A stretch of DNA of 64,000 nt, taken from NCBI RefSeq assembly GCF_006345805.1, contig NC_043021.1, forward strand, positions 17,670,001-17,734,000. The letters are read 5' to 3'. Source of the stretch: Octopus sinensis (lineage: Eukaryota). Below, piece by piece: positions 37,383-49,630 of this stretch (position 1 is its first letter; the number at the start of each line of letters is the position of its first letter). The notes under the pieces were generated by a model. That model saw only the letters and a program-made list of their open reading frames with translations, was not told the origin of the DNA and did no database searches. The translations under genes and the position numbers were made by a program.

Positions 37383-37527
37383 GATGATGACGGTTTGTGT
37401 GTGTGCCCCGCCCTCTCTCTCAATAGCAATTAAAACCATCTGAGGATGTCTTTCATGAATTTAGTCCCCTACAAAGAAGCTCAACAGTGACCAACCTACC
37501 CCCATCAAAATACTGTTGTCAATTATT

Positions 37528-37880
37528 ATTCTTTTACTTGTTTGTCTTTTGATTGGGGCCATGCTGGAGCACCACCTTTTAGTGGAAGAAATCAACCCCT
37601 GGGCTTATCCTTTGTAAATTTGGTACTTATTCTATTGGTCACTTCTGCCGAACTGCTAAGTTACAGGGACATAAACACACCAACATCCGTTGTCAAGTGA
37701 CGAGGGGAGGGGTGGACAAACACAGACACAAAGACACACATAAATATATGACTTTCAGTTTCCGTCTACCAAATCCACTCACTAGGCTTTGGTCGGCCCG
37801 AGGCTATATTAAACAACACTTGCCCAAGGTGCCATGCAGTGGGACTGAACCCAGAACCAAGTGCTTGGGAAGCAAGCTTA
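37528..37880 (-). mobile_element. SINE family C
   Basis: Matches 38805-39198. Confidence 0.8.
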
Positions 37881-38404
37881 AGACTTAAGAGAAACATAAA
37901 TAGTTTTTAAATAACTTCAAAAAAAAAAAAAGAATAAAACAAAATGAATAAATGAGATCTACTAATAACAAAACCTACAATAATCACAGATATGGGTGAG
38001 ACACACTTAACAACCAGCTTTTTCAAATAGTAAGAAAAAATCTAAATATATCAGGAATACCACAAGAGTATTACTTCCACAACTACAACAACAACAACTA
38101 CAATAAATTCCCTATCTCTCAGCTAAATCAAAACACATTCACACATAAAAACAGCTGAACGAAGTGTACTCTTTGTACGACTAATTTTCACCAAACCCTG
38201 TGAATAAATAAAAGCAGTTTGATTGCAAAGTATTGTACAGGTCTAATTTTCATAAACAATTAACGTTGTTTGCCACCACACTAGTACAGAGTAGGGTGGG
38301 AAGCGACACATTTACAAAAACTTTCTATGTGAATAAATGCAGAAATACAAAAGCTGACAAGGGGGCTGGAGCAACAATCACTAGGTCAGTTGCACAAGTA
38401 CTTT

Positions 38405-38441
<37 letters not shown>

Positions 38442-38804
38442 AACAATTCCAGAAACACTAAAGAGGAATTATGAATCAGTAAAAGTTCAACCCACAAAAT
38501 CACCATTTATTTTAACAACCTCTTTTCTATGCTTGCATGGGTCAGACAGAGTTTATAGAGACAGATTTTCTGAGGTTAGGTACCCTTCCTGTCATCAACC
38601 TTCACCCATTTCCAAACAAGGAAATGTTTACCTGTGGCCAGATACGTTTTCACAGAATATCAGAAATGAATGACACTGCTTGTATGATAGTGACACTCAT
38701 TTACGACCACCACGTTATGTCAAGGTAGAGAGACTTAAACACACACGTGGCAGGTTTCTTAGTTTCCCTCCACCAAAATCCACCTACAGGGCTTTGGTCG
38801 ACCT

Positions 38805-39198
38805 TACTCTTTTATTTGTTTCAGTCATTTGACTGCGGCCATGCTGGAGCACCGCCTTTAATCGAGCAACTCGACCCCGGGACTTTTGTAAGACCAGTAC
38901 TTATTCTATCGGTCTCTTTTTGCTGAACCGCTAAGTAACAGGGACATAAACACACCAGCATCGGTTGTCAAGCAATGCTAGGAGGACAAACGCAGACACA
39001 CAAACACACACACGCATACATATATACATATATATGACGGGCTTCTTTCAGTTTCCGTCTACTAAATCCACTCACAAGGCTTTGGTCGGCCCGAGGCTAT
39101 AGTAGAAAACACTTGCCCAAGGTGCCACGCAGTGGGACTGAACCCAGAACCATGTGGTTGGTAAGCAAGATACTTACTACACAGTCACTCCTGCGCCT
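38805..39198 (-). mobile_element. Full-length SINE family C
   Basis: Minus-strand head AGGCGCAGGAGTGACTGTGTAGTAAG, B-box-like GGTTCAGTCCC, internal (TA)/(CA) tract. Confidence 0.88.
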
Positions 39199-40050
39199 TG
39201 TTTAGTAAAATCTAAATTCTAAAGCAGTCACCTACAGCTAGGTCCCTCACATCAAGAACAAATAAATGGTTATTCCATAAGATGTCAGTTAAAAAGACTA
39301 AAACAATAAACAACAAAGGCTGTCATATTTCTTTCCTGTCCATGCTTTCTCTCCAGAACTTCAATCTCAGCTTCAACCGAACTGACATCAGCAGTCTGGG
39401 AGCACTTTTGAACAGTGACAGGTCAAGTCTCTCCTTCTGCAGCTGTACTTAAAACCTAAACACATCAATAACTATATTTTTCTTTGTTATTTTCCATTTC
39501 TTTTCCCTGTTTTCTCTCCTGGAGTATCAGTTCAAACTCCAAGTACCTTAGATGTAAAGGCTGCTGCTGCTGCTGTTGTTGTTGCTATAGGTGTTGATTA
39601 ATTATAGATATTGTTTAACCCTTGACCAATGCTAATCCAGCAGGCCTGTGACCAAAAGCAGTGATTGTCCCAAATTTTATTCAAACATATTACATCTGAG
39701 ATTGCATTATCTCATGTGCACTTCTGCTTTTAAATACAATGAATCATGATTCAAAGGATATTTGACTGCCATTTCTAGCATACCAAGCGACAATAGAGCA
39801 CCCCTTTTGCTGTCTCAGAGTCATGGCTGTGTGTACAGGTTATGTTTATTCGTATACACAGTATGATCACTACTGAGTATACACAAAACTAATATAGCAA
39901 TTGAGATTGCACCCAAATATATTCTAATTCCATCAAAGACAAATTATAAAAAAAAAACCTGAGCTAATGATGAGCTAATTATAATTCACAGTAGTTATAA
40001 TAAAAGCACCAGGCTATTTAGTTTTGTTAATCTATATATTTTAGAGAAAA

Positions 40051-40279
40051 GGCGGCGAGCTGGCAGAGACGTTAGCAAGCCGGGCGAAGTGCTTCGCGGT
40101 ATTTCGCCCGTCGCTACGTTCCGAGTTCAAATTCCGCCGAGGTCGACTTTGCCTTTCATCCTTTCGGGGTCGATAAATTAAGTACCAGTTACGCACTGGG
40201 GCCGATGTAATCGACTTAATCCGTTTGTCTGTCCTTGTGTGTCCCCTCTATGTTTAGCCCCTTGTGGGTAGTAAAGAAA
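40051..40279 (+). mobile_element. Full-length SINE family B
   Basis: GGCGGCGAGCTGGCAGA head, GAGTTCAAATTCC B box. Confidence 0.9.
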
Positions 40280-40640
40280 CATATATATTTCAGAGTAATG
40301 AACTTTGAAGCACGTATGACCCCTAATTTATTTGTATCAGTAATATTTTGCTCATATTCTAATCGTTTGCATTCTGTTCAGTCAACAGAAAATATTCAGT
40401 TCATTTACAAGACATGTTAGTCTTGCAAATGAATGAATTTGAAGTCCATCAGTTGTGTGTGCTCTCACGTGTGCATGCATGCAAATGCCACATGCACATC
40501 TGTGTCCATGTCTATTTGCTCTCTACAAAAGTCAGTCTCTTTGCACCAGTAAGAGATCACCAATTTGCAAAATAGATAAAAGCTTAGTGACATGAGGACT
40601 AACTGGCTGTAAAACTCTGCTTCTATAATATATATATATA

Positions 40641-40860
40641 TTTCTTTACTGCCCACAAGGGGCTAAACATAGAGGGGACAGACAAGGACAGACAAAGGGA
40701 TTAAGTCGATTACATCGACCCCAGTTGGAAACTGGTACTTTGTTTATCGACCCCAAAAGGATGAAAGGCAAAGTCGACCTCGGCGGAATTTGAACTCAGA
40801 ACGTAACGACAGACGAAATACGGCTACACATTTCGCCTGGCGCGCTAACGTTTCTGCCAG
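40641..40860 (-). mobile_element. SINE family B, inverted relative to 40051
   Basis: Reverse complement aligns end to end with 40060-40279. Confidence 0.9.
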
Positions 40861-42250
40861 GTAACCCAAGCTGGCATGGAAAAACGGGCATAAACCAATG
40901 ATTAATAAAAAGCATAGGCAATAATAAAAACTGGTGAATTAAAAGTGACCCTACAGCCATTACAGTGAAGGACCTTTAACAACACATTTTCTGAACAAGG
41001 AATATTTTCAGTTGTGAAGAGGGCAACACCCACCAACATCACTCCACACATAGAAGGAACACCTTAGTAAAATGGTCCCAAATGAAGAACGGGGCAACTA
41101 CCAACATTATTGCTGCATAGAAGAAAGGACCTGCCTGCTGTCCCTCAAACATTGTGATGTGCTTGAATTAACGTATAACTACTAATAGCAAAGAAAGGTT
41201 AAAAAGAGAGAAAGTTCAATCACAGTCATGTTGTTAAGGTCCTTTTTGCAACACATATGGCTTCAGGTTCAATCCCACAGGCAAGAGCCTTCTACTATAG
41301 CTTCATGGAAACCAATAATACTTTGCAAGTGATTTTGTTTAGAGAGAAACTGTGTGGAAGCCCATTGTGTGCACGCATGTGCATCAGTACGTTTTCCCCC
41401 TCCACTACCACAATCACTTGACATCAGCTTACACCAAAAAGAGACTGGCAGATTAAGTACCAGACTGATGCATTCGAATCAATGTATTTGACAAAACCTT
41501 TCTAGACAGTGCCTAAGCACGGTTGCAATCCAACGCCTAAAACAAGGTTAAGCTGACAAAAATGCCAACCCTGAAGTACAATGGTAAACTGGGTACATGC
41601 TACATGCACAATCAGGTTATAGCTATCTGTAATCACAGGTTATCTTCACTGTTGACAAATGTTGACAATGTAAAATACATTGTACTATAATTCAAAATAA
41701 ACTGATAATACTAATGGGAACAGGTAATTTATTAATAATAAAGACATTCATTAAAGCGTTATTCCTGGAATTGTGTGTGTGAATATAAGAATACTTTCTG
41801 AAGTAATCAATAAGTTTTTATTAAAAAATAAAAGACTCACACCCAGGTGTATTTCAGCTGTTGATTTATAAAGTTTACTGGTTCAGGCCCTGTGAGCCCT
41901 AAATTTAAATATAGGTTCCCTTATATATCCACAAGGATACTGTATTGTTTAGTCCTAGCTCTAATCAAGCAGACACAATCAAAGACAATGAAACCATGAC
42001 CACCCTGACTTTTATTCAAAAACCATCAACCAAATATGAGATTTCTACTTATAGCCCTTTGCCTGAGCAAAGCATTTTCATAAGTTTGTCCTAAACATCC
42101 ATATTTGCTTTCAGACTTCTAGTTAGCTCTTCTTTCGTGTGGTCTGAGTAATATAAAGCTTTCCTAAACCCAAAGATATACTGGTGGTCGAAAAAAATTA
42201 GGGATGTCTATCATATACGATGCATGGATACCAGGGTAAATATGATACAA

Positions 42251-42484
42251 GGCGGCGAGCTGGCAGAAACGTTAGCAAGCCGGACGAAATGCTCAGCAGT
42301 ATTTCGTCTGCGTTATGTTGTGAGTTCAAATTCCGCCGAGATCGACTTTGCCTTTCATCCTTTCGGGGTCGATAAATTAAGTACCAGTTACGCACTGGGG
42401 GGGGTCGATGTAATCGACTTAATACCTATGTCTGTCCTTGTTTGTCCCCTCTGTGTTTAGCCCCTTGTGTGTAATAAAGAAATA
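42251..42484 (+). mobile_element. Young full-length SINE family B
   Basis: 16-bp TSD GGTAAATATGATACAA (42235-42250, 42485-42500). Confidence 0.92.
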
Positions 42485-43739
42485 GGTAAATATGATACAA
42501 AGGATAGATAAAGGGAATAATGAGATTGTGTGAGTTGAAAGAGATGTAGTTGCTATTTCTAACAATTTGAACAACCACAGAAGTTCCCTTATTGGTTTGA
42601 GGTCACAATAGGACTGGCCTTAGTATCTCACATTAGCATTGGAGTAGGTTACAGCATTTTTTTTTGTTGTGCTCATAAACAAAAAAACAATGACTGGTAG
42701 CCACACTTGGCTTCAACTGTAAAACAGGTGCCACAGGTGTCACACCCAACTCCACAACAAAAATGGGTGTAACAAAATTGACTGCTACAATTCGTAAGCA
42801 AATATATAATTTCTCCCTAACTCATCCAAGCTAGCAAAGGTAACTGAATTGAAACCAGTTTGATGTTTATTTGGAATAAAGGCTTTTATCTACAGAAATT
42901 TATTTTGAAGCAATATTAATTTTAAAACTGACTACCAACCATCAGTGTTATTCCAGGTGGAATAATTTCAAAAGAAATGATAAATACAAGGAAATATATG
43001 GATTAACCTACTATAATACATTTAGCAAACACATTGTGTCATGCATTTTAATTTTCAAAATTTCTAGTAATCATAAAAAGATTTAGTGAAATAGCTAACT
43101 TATAGAAGATTATGTTTTATACACTGAAATAATAATATTCTGTTTTTGTATTTGGTTTGAAATATTCTAGAGGTGAACTTGTTGAAACAGATTATGCTGT
43201 ATCTCAGGAGAGTCATTAAGCCAATAATAAACATATGCACACATCCAACCCATGCCAGCATGAAAAACAGATGTTAAATTATGATGAGGACAATGTGTGT
43301 TTATTATTGTCATGACTCTTACAACAAAATATCATCATCTTCATCATCTATCGTGTAATAATAATATCCCAGCCATAGCTATGAAGAGAAATTCTAACAT
43401 GCTAACAGAGATGGTTTCAGGTGAGTTGGCGCTGAATGAAACTATTTAAAATTTTCAAAACGAGAGAGAAAAAGAGCATTTAGTATGTGGAATAATACCA
43501 TTTAATTCCAAATTGATTAAGATAATAAGGGGAAAAAAACGCATAATATTGTATTAATAACAATCCACAATAGATATGAGAAAGGTATCTATATAGCGGT
43601 TGCACTAGGAAGGACATCCAGCCATGCCAAATCAGACTGGAGACTGGTGCAACCTTCCAGCTTACCAGCCCTGGTCAAACCATCCAATCCATGCCAGCAT
43701 GGACAACGGACGTTAAATGATGATAATGATTCTGTATTA

Positions 43740-43871
43740 TAAGGTTGTCGCAAAAGTTCGTAAACACTTGCGAAAATTTGAATTTTTATGCAATTTTTGT
43801 TGTTTTTGTTAGTACTTGGCGAGTAAAAATTCAATTTTCGCAGGTGTTTACGAACTTTTGGGACAACCTAA
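43740..43871. mobile_element. Mariner-like MITE (132 bp, about 46-bp TIRs)
   Basis: TWAGGTTGTCSCAAAAGTTCGTAAACACYTGCGAAAAT TIRs, TA flanks. Confidence 0.85.
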
Positions 43872-43974
43872 TATATATGAGGTCCCTTCTCCCAAGTGAG
43901 TATTTGAGGCTGACTCAGTGAGTTCTGTTGACTTTTGGTTTTACAAGAAAAGAAAAAAAACAGAAGGAGCTTAC

Positions 43975-44678
43975 CTTGCATTGATATGACATTGACAACA
44001 TTGTCGACCAGCGACGTAGCAGCATTCATGATTAACTTATTAAACATTCTCTGTGCTATAGACGAAGGAAATGGAGCACAGAACTGTGTCAGCAACCACT
44101 CCAATATAACTTGTGGTACATCCTCAGGAGCTGTCACTGTTGCTGTTGTAGTACTGTCCTTGTTAAGTCCAGACTTTTGATAATCAATCACTGCTAGGCG
44201 CTTATTAGTATTTTGGTCATAGCGGTCATCTCTGATACCGGTAATATCAACTTCATCTTCATAGAAGAGTCCTGAGTTATGGCCATACATGCGGTTCATA
44301 ATTGCACTAAAGCCGCAAGTGCAACGATTCATGTCTAAATTATCTTCATCGTCTTTTACACGCATTGTACAAACACAAATATTGCAGCTATCAAAATTGT
44401 GGTCCTTGAAAATGTTAAGAGAGCTGTCGGCAAGGATGACGTTCACCAGCAAGCTGTGAACTTCAGTGAACGGGTGGTTTGTAACTTGATTGTCAACTGA
44501 ACTCAAAGTCTTGTTCACATATGAAGAGGATGCATTAGACATGGGAGACTGTTCATAACTCAAGGGTGTCTGCTGAGATACACTGCCGACTGTAAATGTA
44601 GCTGGCGAAGACTCAACGCCTGCATGCATTTTTGATAAGCTGGGAAGGTTTTCAATGGACGGGAGGTTGAGGTAATGA
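43975..44678 (-). CDS. MED13: MED13 large exon with Cys cluster (EVHSLLVNVILADS...FKDHNFDSCNICVC...CTCGFSAIMNR...GLFYEDEVDI), 704 nt
   Basis: TTTCCACAG|T acceptor, AAG|GTAAGC donor; lies in the 282-aa ORF 43868..44716. Confidence 0.95.
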
Positions 44679-46711
44679 CTGTGGAAAGAAAAACGAAAAA
44701 AGAAAATTAATATCAAGAAGAAAACTTATATTAACACAAACAATAAAAAAACAATTTGTCATGTTTGAGAACAAGAAAAAAAGTATCTGAAATGGGTTAA
44801 TAATTTTGGGGATAATAGAGAGAGACATAGGACTATCAGATAAAATGCTGTCAGAGGATCACATTGAGTATCAGTAGTCAGAGCACCAGAATAAGATGCT
44901 TTTAGGTATTTGTTCTGGCACTTGGCATTCTGAATTCATATCCTGCATTGGGGCCTATTTGATGAGTAGACTTACCTGGTTTAACACCCTCCTTGGGTAC
45001 TTTGGGTATGTTTAGTGAAGCCCACCCTGGTGCAAGAAATCATGTCAGGTCTTGAGTTTGAGAATATCCCCTTCTTTCCTACAGTCCTAGACAAGGGAGC
45101 CTTGGAAAGTGGGGCTTAAACACTTCCTTCCCTCCTTGATAGGCATCTGCAGTATCTGGTTGTCATCAGGTCTCTTCCTAGTCAATGTCTACGTCTTGGT
45201 GCCGGTACACCAAGATATGTTAAAATCCCTATCAGTGACCACATAAAATATACTTACTGTTTGTACAAACAACTAACTAGAGCAGACATTTACTGAAAAC
45301 TAAAACCTGTTTATATATCAGTTGTACCTTCAAATTTCTTGAAAATATGGATTTAGGTAAAAAGAATGGGAGCTGCAAATGTTATCAACTAATTAGTTTT
45401 AGTTTACAAAACCAACCAATTCTAATTATGAAAGGTGAGATTTATAAATTAAACTGAAACCCCTAACACTACAAGAGTCTTTAATCTAAATAACAAATTA
45501 CTGAGATGTAACTTTAATAAATAAATTCACAATAGACATGTCAACTTAGTTAAAAATTCCCCCTTTCAGTTTGACAGCAGGAAAAAAAAATACTGGGAAG
45601 ATTTGGGTCATGTTAAAAGGTTAAACTAACTGTTGCTTAAATTAGAAGGGTGAACAAATAGATTTTTAAAAAAGTATTTAAAATGAAAACATACATCGTA
45701 GACCACATCTGAAGATCCAATGGATTGCTTAGCCACATACATACACTAACCTCTAAACCCCACAGATGTGCAACCTCTCCCTGCTTTCTCTCTCTCTTCC
45801 CTACTAATACCAATGCCTCCTTCCTCGCACAACTAACTGCTCTTGTGTCACTTCCACTCACTCATTACCTCTCCTCATCAATATTGTCACCTTCATCTCC
45901 CAGATAAATGCCCTAGACATATCAGGCCTGACAATTCTCCTTTGACACAAGAGGATTCTTAACAATATCCATCTCACAAGTCTCTGAGGGCCTGACAAAG
46001 CAATGAGTATGGCCCCCTCCTACTGACAAAACTATTACTACTACCACCACCACCACTACTACTACTGCTGCTGCTGCTGCTACTTAAAGTGGCAAGCAGA
46101 CAGAATCATTCACATGCTAGGCAAAATGCTTAGCAGCATTTTGTTCATCTTTCATTTTGAGCACAAATTCTGCCACGGTCGACTTTGCTTTTCATCCATT
46201 TGGGATCAATAAAATAAATACCAGTTGAGCACTGGGGTAGATGTGATTGGCGTTTACCCCACCTCCGAAACTACTACTACTACTTAAAAAAAATACAAAT
46301 GGTATTATTTTTCAAGAAGGAAATGACAGGAGAGGATATAACCTGTAGGACCAACACAGAACTCATAAACAGATTGGGACTGAGAGCTAAGTATTGATTT
46401 ATAGGTTGCTTCTGTGTCAATTTGTGATCATCTTCATGTGTAACATATTTATAAGCATGTCTTCAATCTAAACACATCGGGTCTAATATCTAAAAACACA
46501 ATCAACTCTAAATACCTTTCATGATAAGATTATAATTTTTTCTGTGTTTACATCAACATTAAACAACACTCTGATCAGCATCATCAGATCTATTTCTTGA
46601 TATCCCAAAAGTAGTTTGGAAAATTATAATCCTCTGAAAACAACCCTCTCAAACAGTTATTACACAAGAGTGATAACTGCATTGATATAAAGATATAACA
46701 TGCAGAGGACT

Positions 46712-46892
46712 TATCGTCATCGTTTAACGTCTGCTTTCCATGCTAGCATGGGTTGGACGGTTCAACTGGGGTCTAGGAAGCCCGAAGGCTGCACCAGGCC
46801 AGTCAGAGCTGGCAGTGTTTCTACAGCTGGATGCCCTTCCTAATGCCAACCACTCCGAGAGTGTAGTGGGTGATTTTATGTGCCACCGACAC
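46712..46892 (-). mobile_element. Family D retroposon truncated at the monomer junction
   Basis: Reverse complement of about 20840-21015. Confidence 0.85.
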
Positions 46893-47154
46893 TTAGGAAA
46901 TAATAATTCATAGCAGATCTTATAATGTTGATACTGGATCTGATAATGTTGAACTTTTGTAGACGACTAACCCTTATGCAGAAATGTTCTACAGGAGGAT
47001 GTTGGTGCGGAACAGGAATTAAAACAATGACAAAGATTATTATTGCAGCACGGAAGACGCTTATTCATAAAGCAGTTAGCTTCACTTACACATTTGTTAT
47101 TTGGTGTCGGAATTTTCATTGCACCAACTGCAACTGTTCCCCTGCAGTGGAACC

Positions 47155-47360
47155 TATTTCTTTACTACCCACAAGGGGCTAAACAAAGATAGGACAAACA
47201 AGGACGGACAAACGGATTAAGTCGATCATATCGACCCCAGTACGTAACTGGTACTTATTTAATCGACCCCGAAAGGATGAAAGGCAAAGTCGACCTCGGC
47301 GGAATTTGAACTCAGAACGTAGCAACAGATGAAATACTGATGAGCATTTCGCCCGACGTG
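47155..47360 (-). mobile_element. SINE family B, 5'-truncated
   Basis: CCTGCAGTGGAACC duplicated on both flanks. Confidence 0.88.
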
Positions 47361-48105
47361 GGACCGTGGATGAACATTTCGCCTGCAGTGGAACCGTGTC
47401 ACTTACCAAGTGACAACAAAAGTTTTGACACCAAATCACGTTTCAGTGAAGCTAACAGTCTTATGCATGTGTTTTTGAGTGACTCTAGATAAGTGACTTC
47501 CATGCTGCTTTAGCTTCAACACATGCATCTCAGATCAAATCCCTTAAATGCTAAGTACATTTACCAAGATTTTTATGAAATCTCAAAACCATCTCCCACA
47601 ATCACTCACTACAGCTATGTCCTTCCCCATCTCCTCTCATATTCTTATGGAACATCCCCTTCTATCCTCTTTGTACTGCTTATACTCACTCCACCCACCC
47701 ACTGTTCCTTGTAGATAGGCCCTAATTCATCACCAACATCATCTATTTTCTCCCTCCTTGTTTTGACTGTCTCTATTTTCTCTCTCTCTCCTTTCTCTCC
47801 TGGGGGGGTCACCTAATCACCCATTCTACTGTAAGGCAATTATCTCTGTCCCTCTATTCTACTTCAACTTCTCAACTGGCTCACAGCCACTTGTCTCAGT
47901 TCCATTCCCACTTTCACATCAGAAGCTACTTGGTGACCCCATTGGTGCCATATACAAAGCAATCAGTACATTTTGTAAAGTGATTGGCATCAGGAAGGAC
48001 ATCCAACCATAGAAACCATCTTTTTTTTTATGATAGTTTTGCCTGGTTGTAATTAAGTATTTTTTTTTCTCTCCCACAATGAGTAAAAACAAAAGAGTCT
48101 CATAC

Positions 48106-48260
48106 CTTGGTGCATGTGGCTGGTACTGCCAAGAAGGTTTATACTCAGGAATATGACACGTTAATACAGCCTCGGTAGCACTGGGCAGCTCAACAGGAGC
48201 ATATTTGGTAGAACCAACAAAACGAGCCAACTTGGGCGGTTTGAACACACAGGACCAGTC
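48106..48260 (-). CDS. MED13: MED13 exon (DWSCVFKPPKLARFVGSTKYAP...YKPSWQ), 155 nt
   Basis: TTCTTCCAG|GAC acceptor, AAG|GTATGA donor; fits the MED13 D.S.V.KP...VG...AP...Y..SW pattern. Confidence 0.9.
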
Positions 48261-48766
48261 CTGGAAGAAAAGAGAAGAAAAATGGAATGTTAGCACTATA
48301 TACATAGTAATTGTTTCAAATTTTGGCACAAGACCAGCAAGTTTTTAAGGGGAAGGGGAAAAAACTGATTACATCAATTGCAGAACTTGACAGGTACTTA
48401 TTTCATCAATCTTAGGAGAATGAAAAGCGAAGTTGGCTGAGGCAGAATTTGAACAGAGAAAATAATGAGGTAGAAGATATACCACTTGGCATTTCGTCTG
48501 GTGCACTGATGACTCTGCCTCGTCACCACTTTATAAACAGCAATAATAATCCTTTTGACTATAGGCACAAGGCCTGAAATTTGGGGGCAGATGCTAATCG
48601 ATTACATCAATCCCAGTGTGTCATTGGTACTTAATTTATTGACCCTAAAAGGATGAGAAAGCAAAGCTGACAGTCATGAAATTTTAATGCAGAACATAAA
48701 GACAGACAAAAAGCCACTAAACATTTTATCCAGCATGCTAACGATTTTGCCAGCTTGCCATCTTAT

Positions 48767-49126
48767 TAATACCTCCACCTTAGTGAAGGCGGAGGTAGTG
48801 TTTTCAGTCATGTTTGTTTGTTTGTCTGTGGACAAGATATCTCAAGAACCACTGCATGGATTTGGATGAAACTTTCGGGGATGTTTGACCTCATGACTGG
48901 CACAAACTGATTAGATTTTCAGATCGATCCGGTACTGAACAAGAATTCTGAATTATTTTTCCTTTTTTACTTAATTTTCGAGAGCAGTCGGGTTCATTTT
49001 TGGTATTCTCACTTGTGAGAGCGGTTGAGTTTATTTCAGATATTCTCATTTTAAAAATCATCTCTGGCTAATCATTGAGAGGACATTGGTGTTGCTTTGA
49101 CGGAGGTTTGCACTCTCTGAGTGCTC
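48767..49126 (+). mobile_element. Non-autonomous Helentron-associated (HINE/DINE-1-like) element
   Basis: 5' TACCTCCACC..GGCGGAGGTA hairpin, (GTTT)n GTCTGT tract, GGATTTGGATGAAACTT block, 3' subterminal GACGGAGG plus stem-loop GCACTC-TCT-GAGTGC. Confidence 0.65.
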
Positions 49127-49411
49127 TTATTATTATCATTCAGTAGTCTTATTTTTATCTTGTGCCTGCAGGTGCATCTCTATGTGTCTTGGGTATGTGC
49201 TGTGGTTTGCTGTAATGCTCTTATTTTTACTGTATTCAGAGTGTTTTACGTAGGACGTGTGAAGTGCCGAGGAGTGCCATTTTCTGTATGTTATATATAC
49301 TTGTTAGTCCTGGTGTTTTTGTTATGTATTTGTCTGAATGTTTTTTTTCAATCATACCTAATGTGCCTACTTAATAGGAATTGTTTCTGCTTTTAGGCTC
49401 CACATTCAAGT

Positions 49412-49630
49412 TAGGCAGGTGAGATGGCAGAATCGTTAGCATGCCAGGCAAAATGCTTTGCGGTATTTCATCTGTCGCTACATTCTGAGTTCAAATTCCA
49501 CCAAAGTTGACTTTGCCTTTCATCCTTTCAGGGTTGGTAAAGATAAGTGCCAGTGAAACACTGGGGTTGATGTAATTGACTCATCCCCCACCTCCCCCAA
49601 GCTGCCCTTGTGGCAAAAATTTGAAATAAT
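49412..49630 (+). mobile_element. SINE family B tail variant
   Basis: Same head and central domain; different 3' tail (also at 28515, 46085 and, on minus, 48320-48760 and 53530). Confidence 0.75.
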
